Source: an uncultured Clostridia bacterium (lineage in GTDB: Bacteria > Bacillota > Clostridia > TANB77 > CAG-508). Taken from it: a stretch of DNA of 32,000 bases. How positions within the stretch are numbered: position 1 is the first letter of the stretch; every line of letters begins with the position of its first letter. A program made the position numbers and the translations under genes. The DNA lies in the NCBI GenBank assembly GCA_934177485.1, contig CAKPPF010000001.1:95501-127500 (forward strand), written 5' to 3'. Positions 10,149 to 17,193 of this stretch are shown here, one piece after another. Below the pieces are notes generated by a model, which saw only the letters and a program-made list of their open reading frames with translations, did no database searches and was not told the origin of the DNA.

Positions 10149-10856
10149 ATGATTGACTTACATTCACATATAATTCCAAATGTAGACGATGGCTCAAAAA
10201 CTTTTGATGAAAGTATAGAAATATTAAATGAAGCAAAAAAAGTGGGCTTTTCAGATGTTATTTTAACTTCTCATTTTATACCTGAGTATAATGAAACGAA
10301 GATAGAAGAACTAATAAGCTTAAAAGAAGATCTACAAAAAAATTGTGATAGTATTAAGTTACATTCTGGAATGGAAGTATATATTACAGAAAGAATTGAG
10401 GAACTATTAAATAATAAAAAAATTCTAACCTTGGCTGGAAGTAATTATTTATTAATGGAGTTACCCTTATCTAACCATGTAAATTACTTTGAATATGTGA
10501 TATATGTTCTACAAAGCAAAAATATTATTCCAATAATTGCTCATCCAGAAAGATATTTAGAAGTTCAAAAAAATTATAAGTTAGTTGAAGAATATATAGA
10601 AAAGGGATGCTTAATTCAATGTAATTATGCAAGCATTTTAGGATATTATGGAAAGGATGCCCAAAAAACAGTTAAAAAACTTTTAAAAGAAAAGCTAGTT
10701 AATTTTTTGGGAAGTGATTGTCATAGAAAAGGAAGCATTTACTTAAATATTCCTAAAGCAGTAAAGAAAATAATCAAAATAATCGGTGAAGAAGAATTTT
10801 ATAAAATTAGCACTACAAATCCACAAAGAATATTAAATAATGAAGAAATATTATAA
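10149..10856 (+). CDS. cpsB: PHP-family tyrosine-protein phosphatase (CpsB/YwqE type)
   Basis: N-terminal MIDLHSHIIPNVDDGS, later IAHPERY and GSDCH metal-binding motifs. Confidence 0.88.
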   Translation: MIDLHSHIIPNVDDGSKTFDESIEILNEAKKVGFSDVILTSHFIPEYNETKIEELISLKEDLQKNCDSIKLHSGMEVYITERIEELLNNKKILTLAGSNYLLMELPLSNHVNYFEYVIYVLQSKNIIPIIAHPERYLEVQKNYKLVEEYIEKGCLIQCNYASILGYYGKDAQKTVKKLLKEKLVNFLGSDCHRKGSIYLNIPKAVKKIIKIIGEEEFYKISTTNPQRILNNEEIL

Positions 10857-10873
10857 TAAAGGTGGGAAAAAAA

Positions 10874-11752
10874 ATGAAACTAAAAAACACAACAAAATTT
10901 CTTGTAGCAATATTAGTTACAATAGTTATATTTAATATTTGCATAATAAAAACATATGCAAATAATGTAACTGTTAATGAAAATACAGAACAAGCAGAAA
11001 AAAATGAGAGTGAATCAGAAAACACTAAAAATGAAAATAAGAATACTACTACGAAAACAGTTAATAAAAAATCAAGCGATGCTAATATAACAAAACTTAC
11101 AATTAGTGCAGGAAAATTAAATCCAAGCTTTAGCAAAGATATAACTGAGTATTACACAGAAGTTGATTTAAGCGTAACAAAAATAACTACAAAAGTTAAT
11201 TTATCAAATAATAATGCAAAAGTAACGGTAAGTGGAAATAAAAATTTAAAAGAAGGTAAAAATACCATAGAATTAAAAGTAACAGCCGAAGATGGAACAC
11301 AAAAAAAATATTATATTTACGCAACAAGAACAAATAATACAGAAAAATCTAATGCAAATTTAGAACAATTAGAACTTGAAGATTATGAAATTACACCAGA
11401 ATTTAATTCAAGCATTACTAATTATAATGCTATAATAGATAAAAACACAGATAAAATTAATGTAAAGGCTGTTGCAGAAAATAATAAGGCACAAATTAAA
11501 ATTAGTGGAAACGAAGAAATGACTAATGATGAAAATAAAATAGAAATAAAAGTAACAGCGGAAGATGGTAAAACAACTAAGACATATACAATAAACATCG
11601 AGAAAAAAGCAGAACAGCAACAAGAAGCAACAGAAGAAAAAAAGGTAAATGTAATTGCAGAAAATAAAGAACCAGCAGTAATTGCAATTGGTGTAATATT
11701 AATTCTTATTATTTTAATTTCATTAAAAATTATAAAGAAAAATAAAAGCTAA
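10874..11752 (+). CDS. Bitopic membrane protein with two tandem cadherin-like beta-sandwich domains
   Basis: ATG at 10874 lies behind aaaggtggg, so it is preferred over the listed GTG at 10862. There is an N-terminal hydrophobic segment, and two ~84-aa repeats at nt 11078-11329 and 11351-11602. Each has the pattern A-N-(I/L)...L...P.F....T.Y...V......I.V.A....A.V/I.ISGN......N.IE(L/I)KVTAEDG..K.Y.I. A C-terminal TM helix is followed by KKNKS. Confidence 0.65.
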   Translation: MKLKNTTKFLVAILVTIVIFNICIIKTYANNVTVNENTEQAEKNESESENTKNENKNTTTKTVNKKSSDANITKLTISAGKLNPSFSKDITEYYTEVDLSVTKITTKVNLSNNNAKVTVSGNKNLKEGKNTIELKVTAEDGTQKKYYIYATRTNNTEKSNANLEQLELEDYEITPEFNSSITNYNAIIDKNTDKINVKAVAENNKAQIKISGNEEMTNDENKIEIKVTAEDGKTTKTYTINIEKKAEQQQEATEEKKVNVIAENKEPAVIAIGVILILIILISLKIIKKNKS

Positions 11753-11761
11753 AAATAAAAA

Positions 11762-11812
11762 CTAAAAAGACCTAAACATATATAAAAACTAAGGTTTTTT
11801 TAGTTTTTTTTA
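11762..11812 (+). terminator. Rho-independent terminator after the cps regulatory operon
   Basis: CTAAAAAGACCT (11762-11773) pairs with AGGTTTTTTTAG (11792-11803), with one G-U pair, and is followed by a T-run. Confidence 0.55.
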
Positions 11813-11823
11813 TGCTTTTTTTC

Positions 11824-11852
11824 TTGCATATTTTGACAAGGTTTAGTATAAT
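11824..11852 (+). promoter_or_regulatory. Sigma-A-type promoter for gyrA (TTGCAT-17-TATAAT)
   Basis: -35 at 11824-11829, a 17-nt spacer, and -10 at 11847-11852. This lies about 60 nt upstream of the gyrA ATG and its RBS aagaggg. Confidence 0.55.
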
Positions 11853-11913
11853 AAATCCGTAAGGAAAAATGCAATTTATGCATATTTGAATGTCAAAGAA
11901 AAGAGGGTAATTA

Positions 11914-14349
11914 ATGGACATTGAAGGAGAAAAAATAATCGAAAGAGACATTGAAAAAGAAATGAAAACAGCATATATTGATTATGCCATGAGTGTTATT
12001 GTTGCACGTGCTTTGCCAGATGTAAGAGATGGTTTAAAGCCTGTTCATAGAAGAATTTTATATGCAATGAATGAAGATGGAATAACTTCAGATAAACCAT
12101 ATAGGAAATGTGCCAATACAGTTGGTTCAGTTCTTGGTAGATATCATCCACATGGTGATGCAGCAGTTTATGATGCAATGGTAAGAATGGCTCAAGATTT
12201 TTCAATGAGATATATGCTAATTGATGGACATGGAAATTTTGGTTCAATAGATGGTGATGGTGCAGCAGCAATGAGGTACACTGAAGCTAGAATGGCTAAA
12301 ATTTCAAATTATATGTTAGCAGATATTGAAAAAAATACTGTTGATTTTATGCCAAACTATGATGATAGATTACAAGAACCAACAGTTTTACCAGCACAAA
12401 TTCCAGCTTTATTAATAAATGGATCTTCTGGTATTGCAGTAGGAATGGCTACAAATATTCCACCACATAATTTAACAGAAGTTATTGATGGAATAATAAA
12501 AATAATAGATGAAGACGAAGTTACAGATGAAGATTTAATGCAAGTTGTTAAAGGACCTGATTTTCCAACAGGAGCTTTAATTCTAGGTAGAGAAGGAATA
12601 AAAGAAGCATATACAACAGGAAAGGGAAAAATAACTTTAAGAGCAGAAACAGAAATTGAAGAAATGAGTGGAAATAAACAAAGAATTATTGTTTCTTCAT
12701 TACCATATCAAGTAAACAAAGCAAAATTAATAACTAATATATCAGAACTTGTAAAAGATAAAAGAATAGAAGGAATTTCTGAAGTAAGAGATGAGTCAGA
12801 TAGAATAGATAGAGTAAGAGTAGTTATTGAGTTAAAAAGAGACGCAAAAGCACAGGTTGTATTAAATCAATTATTTAAACATACACAAATGCAAGACACT
12901 TTTGGAATAATAATGTTAGCTTTAGTAAATGGAGAACCTAAAATATTAACATTAAGACAATGTATGGATTGCTATATAGATCATAGAAAAGAAGTTGTTT
13001 TAAGAAGAACAAAATTTGATTTAGATAAAGCAGAAGCTAGAGCCCATATATTAGAAGGATTAAAAATCGCACTAGACAATATTGATGAGGTTATTGAAAT
13101 TATAAGAAATTCTTATGATGATGCCAAAGAAAGATTAATGAAAAGATTTGGATTATCTGATATTCAGGCACAATCAATATTAGACATGAGATTAAAAACA
13201 TTATCTGGCTTGCAAAGAGAAAAAATAGAAAATGAATATGATGAGTTAATGAAATTAATTGCATATTTAAAAGACGTTCTAGGAAGTGAAAAATTAGTTT
13301 TTGATATAATTAAAAAAGAATTAATAGAAGTTAAAGAAAAATTTGGAGATGCAAGAAAAACAAAAATAGTTGCTGCAGAGGGCGAATTTGAACTTGAAGA
13401 TTTAATAAAAGATGAACAAGCAGTTATAACATTAACACATTTTGGATACATTAAAAGAATGCCAATAGATACATATAAGAGCCAAAAAAGAGGAGGAAAA
13501 GGAATAACAGGCACAGCAACAAGAGAAGAAGATTTTGTAAAACAAATATTTACAGCATCAACTCATGATACATTATTGTTCTTTACAAATAAGGGAAAAG
13601 TATATAGATTGAAGGGATATGAAGTACCAGAAGCAGGCAGAACTGCTAAAGGAACAGCAATAGTTAATATATTAAGTCTTGATAGAGGTGAAAAAATTTC
13701 AGCAGTTATTCCAATATCAAATTTTGCAGAAGGAAAATATTTATTAATGGCAACAAAAGCAGGAATGATTAAGAAAACAGCCTTATCAGAATATAATTCT
13801 GTTAGAAAATCTGGACTTCAGGCAATTACTCTTAAAGAGGATGATGAACTAATAGATGTAAGAATGACAGATGGAGAAGATAATGTAGTTCTTGTAACTA
13901 GAGAAGGATTATGCATTACATTTGCAGAAAAAGATGTGCGCCCAATAGGAAGAGTTGGACAAGGTGTTATAGGAATGAAATTAAATGACGGAGATGAAGT
14001 TATAGGCATGGAACCTATAATTGCTGGAAGTAAAGCAACACTTCTTGCCATAACAGAAAATGGATTTGGAAAAAGAACAGAACTAGATGAATATAGAGTA
14101 CAAACAAGAGGTGGAAAAGGAGTTATTACATATAAAATAACACCAAAAACAGGAAAAATTGTTGGAATAAGAATAGCAACAGATGAAGAAGATGTTATGC
14201 TTATAACAAATAATGGAACAATAATTAGAATAAAAGTTAAAGATATAAGTATTCTAGGAAGATCAACACAAGGTGTCACATTAATGAGAACAAGTGATGA
14301 TTGTAAAGTTGTAAGTATAGAAACATTAATTCCAGAAAATGAAGAATAA
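11914..14349 (+). CDS. gyrA: DNA gyrase subunit A
   Basis: AMSVIVARALPDVRDGLKPVHRRILY, the QRDR GRYHPHGDAAVYDAMVRMAQDF, catalytic AAAMRYTEARM (Tyr122), and the GyrA-box QKRGGKG in the C-terminal beta-pinwheel. The GyrA-box argues for gyrase rather than ParC. Confidence 0.97.
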   Translation: MDIEGEKIIERDIEKEMKTAYIDYAMSVIVARALPDVRDGLKPVHRRILYAMNEDGITSDKPYRKCANTVGSVLGRYHPHGDAAVYDAMVRMAQDFSMRYMLIDGHGNFGSIDGDGAAAMRYTEARMAKISNYMLADIEKNTVDFMPNYDDRLQEPTVLPAQIPALLINGSSGIAVGMATNIPPHNLTEVIDGIIKIIDEDEVTDEDLMQVVKGPDFPTGALILGREGIKEAYTTGKGKITLRAETEIEEMSGNKQRIIVSSLPYQVNKAKLITNISELVKDKRIEGISEVRDESDRIDRVRVVIELKRDAKAQVVLNQLFKHTQMQDTFGIIMLALVNGEPKILTLRQCMDCYIDHRKEVVLRRTKFDLDKAEARAHILEGLKIALDNIDEVIEIIRNSYDDAKERLMKRFGLSDIQAQSILDMRLKTLSGLQREKIENEYDELMKLIAYLKDVLGSEKLVFDIIKKELIEVKEKFGDARKTKIVAAEGEFELEDLIKDEQAVITLTHFGYIKRMPIDTYKSQKRGGKGITGTATREEDFVKQIFTASTHDTLLFFTNKGKVYRLKGYEVPEAGRTAKGTAIVNILSLDRGEKISAVIPISNFAEGKYLLMATKAGMIKKTALSEYNSVRKSGLQAITLKEDDELIDVRMTDGEDNVVLVTREGLCITFAEKDVRPIGRVGQGVIGMKLNDGDEVIGMEPIIAGSKATLLAITENGFGKRTELDEYRVQTRGGKGVITYKITPKTGKIVGIRIATDEEDVMLITNNGTIIRIKVKDISILGRSTQGVTLMRTSDDCKVVSIETLIPENEE

Positions 14350-14426
14350 GAATAGTTGCTTTAATATAGGTGCATTCTGTTTCACAAATATGCACCGCAG
14401 AACGTAATTTAACCTTGTTAATGTAT

Positions 14427-14462
14427 AAAAAACTCGGCATAGTTTATATGCCGAGTTTTTCT
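14427..14462 (+). terminator. Rho-independent terminator downstream of gyrA
   Basis: AAAAACTCGGCATA / TATGCCGAGTTTTT form a perfect stem with a 4-nt loop. A-run before and T-run after make it potentially bidirectional. Confidence 0.8.
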
Positions 14463-14491
14463 CAATTACAGCTCGAAAACTAAAATCAAGA

Positions 14492-14520
14492 GAAAATAAA
14501 AAGCGACATAAAGCCGCTTT
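14492..14520 (-). terminator. Rho-independent terminator for the dnaD-dnaC-like operon (minus strand)
   Basis: AAAGCGAC (14500-14507) pairs with GCCGCTTT (14513-14520), with one mismatch and a 5-nt loop. On the minus strand it is followed by TTTTTATTTTC. Confidence 0.5.
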
Positions 14521-14559
14521 GTTATTAAGATTTTTCTGGAACAAATTTTAGTATTGTAG

Positions 14560-14584
14560 GGGCAGGTCTTGTGCCTGCCCGAAA
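14560..14584. repeat. GC-rich palindromic hairpin repeat, copy 1 (GGGCAGG-TCTTGTG-CCTGCCC-GAAA)
   Basis: The 25-nt string gggcaggtcttgtgcctgcccgaaa is identical to 22474-22498. It forms a 7-bp G/C stem in an otherwise extremely AT-rich intergenic region between convergent genes. Confidence 0.9.
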
Positions 14585-14643
14585 GATTAGTATTATTTAA
14601 ATCATTATTTAGTAACAATATGCAACTTAAAATAAATAAACAT

Positions 14644-15630
14644 TTAAGGAGCTTTAGTGTACCTTAAGTCATTACCAAAGAATCTACAAATATTATAATA
14701 ACCAACAAGCCTTGAAAAAATTCTTTCATCATATGTTTTAAATAAATTACTTAAACTTAAATTTGTTGAGATTATTGTTTTAGTTACATGGTTATTTTGA
14801 TTTAGTAACCTAGTATTTAAAATATTAAATAATTCGGAAAATTTCATATTATTTAAACTTTCTGTACCTAAGTCATCAATTACTAATAAATCAACATTTA
14901 ATAAATCATTATAATTAAAATTATTATTCTTTCCAAATCTATAATCCATTATAGAATCTAACATCACTGGTGCAGTTTGATATAGTACAGTTTTTCCACG
15001 ATTTAATAATTCGTTTGCAATACAGTTCGTTAAAAAAGTTTTACCAAGACCTGTATTACCTGTAAATAATAAGTTCTTTTCTTCGAAACTATCAAAATTT
15101 TCAATAAATTTTTCTGATAAATCTTTTATTTTTTTCATATTATCTCTAGGTGAAATATTAGAATTATATTTTTTTTCATCTACAGTATCAGAAAATATAT
15201 TAATATTAAAAGTTGAAAAATTTTCATTTCCTAAACTAGATATATTTGATTTATTATATTCAATATCAAGGAGTTTTTGTTTTAAACAAGTACACATAAT
15301 TTGATTATTGTTAATTAAATACCCAGTATCATTACATAATTTGCAATTATAATCAGGTTTGAAAAAATCATCTGTAATATTCAATTTTGTAAGTAAACGT
15401 TGTTTTTCGCTTTTATATTTTTCTAAATCTAATTTTAAATTATCAATATTATTTTTTAATAAAATATTTTTAGAGATATCTATAGATATTTTATTTATCT
15501 TATCATTTAAATTACTTATATCAGGGTTTTTAATATAAAACTTTCTTAGTTTTTCATCTAATTCTTGTTCTTTATTTAGTCTATTTTTTTCATATTCTCT
15601 TAATAATTCTTTTAATGTTGAATTAGCCAA
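14644..15630 (-). CDS. DnaC/DnaI-like replicative helicase loader (IstB-like AAA+ ATPase with N-terminal Cys cluster)
   Basis: Walker A LLFTGNTGLGKTFL, Walker B LLVIDDLGTE, and an upstream CKLCNDTGYL...CTC zinc-ribbon-like motif. The preferred start is TTG at 15630, 9 nt after GGAGGT (rc of 15640-15645). The listed ORF extends to an ATG at 15702 that has no RBS. Confidence 0.8.
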   Translation of the reverse strand: MANSTLKELLREYEKNRLNKEQELDEKLRKFYIKNPDISNLNDKINKISIDISKNILLKNNIDNLKLDLEKYKSEKQRLLTKLNITDDFFKPDYNCKLCNDTGYLINNNQIMCTCLKQKLLDIEYNKSNISSLGNENFSTFNINIFSDTVDEKKYNSNISPRDNMKKIKDLSEKFIENFDSFEEKNLLFTGNTGLGKTFLTNCIANELLNRGKTVLYQTAPVMLDSIMDYRFGKNNNFNYNDLLNVDLLVIDDLGTESLNNMKFSELFNILNTRLLNQNNHVTKTIISTNLSLSNLFKTYDERIFSRLVGYYNICRFFGNDLRYTKAP

Positions 15631-15778
15631 AATTATTAAACCTCCATTAAAATATTTTGTATACCAGAAAAAATTTTTTTCTAATATATAAAAAAGATAC
15701 AACCACTATATTTTGAGATTTCCTAATTTAATTTAGAAGCTCAAATCGACGAGTAAAAGAAGTTGCAAGGTTACCTTT

Positions 15779-16741
15779 TTAATTATTTGCATATAAATCA
15801 TCAAAATTTGTAATATTTCTTTGTTCATAGTTTTGATAATTTGTTTTTTTCTCTAAGTCTTTTATTTGCTTTGATTTATTTTTAAATTCTAATAAATAGT
15901 TCTTTACATCATCAGAATTTAACAATTTCTTTTCATACCAATCAGAAATCATTTTATCCAAATAGTCAAAATTAGGATTTGATTTTGAAGTTGTTTTCTT
16001 TAAAGCTATTTCAATTACGTCTAAATTATATTTATATTCTGTTAACCACTTTTCTATATAGGCTTCTTCATATTGAGTAAGAGATCTATTTAATCCAAGT
16101 TTTTTGGCAATGCTTTTTTTGATTTTATTTAATTTCTCTTGATTTTCATAATAATCTTCTAATTCTGAGAAAGTTTGAATTTTATTTCCATACCAAGCAT
16201 CAGCAACAGCTTTAACATAATTCCTATGAAGAGCGGACTTTTCAAAGCAATATCTGAATAAAGCAATCATTACTTCTTCATCAAAATTATATTTTTTAAA
16301 CCATAAATCAATATCGCTGTACCAAGATGGAGACATTATTCCTTGGAAGAATGAATTGTTTATGTTTTCAATTGCATTTGAACGAGACTGATCTTTTTCA
16401 ATATCTTGAGCACGTTCTTTATTAATTGTAATTTTGGGAGTATATAGTTTATTTAATTCAATTTCTTGAATATTATTTACTATATAACCAGTGCCTTTTT
16501 TCGTAATTATGCCAGTATCTTCCCAATATTTTAATGATTCTTGAATAATATTAAGAGGTAATGCTAATTTTTTAGATAAATCATTTAATTTTATATCTTT
16601 ATTATATTTTGATAAAAATAGTATATACAAATAGACTTTTATGCTGTTTCCAGAAGCAGCAGATAAATATTCTGTAAAAAAAACATCTGGTAAAGATGTG
16701 TATGAAAACAACATTGAAGAATCTGATTGTTCAAGTTTCAT
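15779..16741 (-). CDS. DnaD-domain replication initiation protein (DnaB_2/DnaD family, B. subtilis DnaB/DnaD analogue)
   Basis: N-terminal winged-helix-like region (LPDVFFTEYLSAASGNSIKVYLYILFLS...). Two DnaD-like C-terminal repeats (...ALFRYCFEK...NYVKAVADAW and ...LDVIEIALKKT...NFDYLDKMISDWYEK). RBS ggaggg. It lies immediately upstream of the loader gene. Confidence 0.75.
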   Translation of the reverse strand: MKLEQSDSSMLFSYTSLPDVFFTEYLSAASGNSIKVYLYILFLSKYNKDIKLNDLSKKLALPLNIIQESLKYWEDTGIITKKGTGYIVNNIQEIELNKLYTPKITINKERAQDIEKDQSRSNAIENINNSFFQGIMSPSWYSDIDLWFKKYNFDEEVMIALFRYCFEKSALHRNYVKAVADAWYGNKIQTFSELEDYYENQEKLNKIKKSIAKKLGLNRSLTQYEEAYIEKWLTEYKYNLDVIEIALKKTTSKSNPNFDYLDKMISDWYEKKLLNSDDVKNYLLEFKNKSKQIKDLEKKTNYQNYEQRNITNFDDLYANN

Positions 16742-16768
16742 TAAAATCCCTCCTAAAATATATGTAAA

Positions 16769-16797
16769 ATTATATCATTTTTTATAACGTAATACAA
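16769..16797 (-). promoter_or_regulatory. Extended -10 promoter for dnaD-like/dnaC-like genes (TTGTAT-17-TGaTATAAT, minus strand)
   Basis: rc of 16792-16797 = TTGTAT and rc of 16769-16774 = TATAAT, preceded by TGA. It sits about 25 nt upstream of the ATG at 16741. Confidence 0.5.
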
Positions 16798-16895
16798 TAA
16801 TAAAATTGAAATTTGGCAGGAAGAAAGTTACTAGCTAATTATTTTAAATAATACTATCATTCAGGCAGACATAAAACTTGCCATTACACACTACA

Positions 16896-17174
16896 TTAAT
16901 TATATAAATATAATTTTGGCTTTATAAAGTATTTTATTAAATAAATTAAAACGGAAATAATATTTTCATTATTTAAACCTAATATACTTAAAATAAAAAG
17001 TGGAAAACATAATGCGATAAATAAAAATATTTTTATATTAATATTTTTAAATATTAAATTACAAAGAGAAAAAATAAATAGATCATAAATTATATTAATA
17101 ATAGCAGTAGAATAATCAATAATTCCAAATAATTTACTTTTGAAATTATAATTTCTAGGAAAAATAAATTTCAT
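16896..17174 (-). CDS. Small 2-3 TM protein, TcpE/PrgI (VirB3-analogue)-like
   Basis: 92 aa. The short N-terminal polar segment NYNFKSKLFGIIDYSTAI, two hydrophobic helices and the tail LIYLIKYFIKPKLYLY match the layout of Gram-positive conjugation TcpE-family proteins. RBS aggagg 7 nt upstream. Assignment rests on architecture only. Confidence 0.45.
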   Translation of the reverse strand: MKFIFPRNYNFKSKLFGIIDYSTAIINIIYDLFIFSLCNLIFKNINIKIFLFIALCFPLFILSILGLNNENIISVLIYLIKYFIKPKLYLYN

Positions 17175-17193
17175 TTTGCATCCTCCTAAAACT

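Noticed and set aside
11996-14279. Antisense ORFs inside gyrA (11996..12271, 13164..13514, 13818..14279, minus strand)
   Set aside because: They lie entirely opposite a highly conserved, unambiguous gyrA frame. Their products are low-complexity Ser/Ile/Leu-rich peptides with no RBS or recognisable motif. They are typical shadow ORFs.
14326-14544. 72-aa minus-strand ORF in the gyrA/dnaC intergenic region
   Set aside because: It runs straight through two terminator hairpins and overlaps the gyrA stop. It has no RBS and the sequence is better explained as structured non-coding DNA.
15631-15702. N-terminal 24-aa extension (MYLFYILEKNFFWYTKYFNGGLII) of the DnaC-like ORF
   Set aside because: The ATG at 15702 has no Shine-Dalgarno, and the extension itself contains the GGAGGT that serves the TTG at 15630. 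The extension is hydrophobic nonsense for an AAA+ loader.
16798-16895. Imperfect GGCAAG/CTGCC-type pairings between the TcpE-like stop and the dnaD-like promoter as a terminator or sRNA
   Set aside because: The stems are only 4-6 bp with mismatches and lack a U-tract, so they are not distinguishable from chance.
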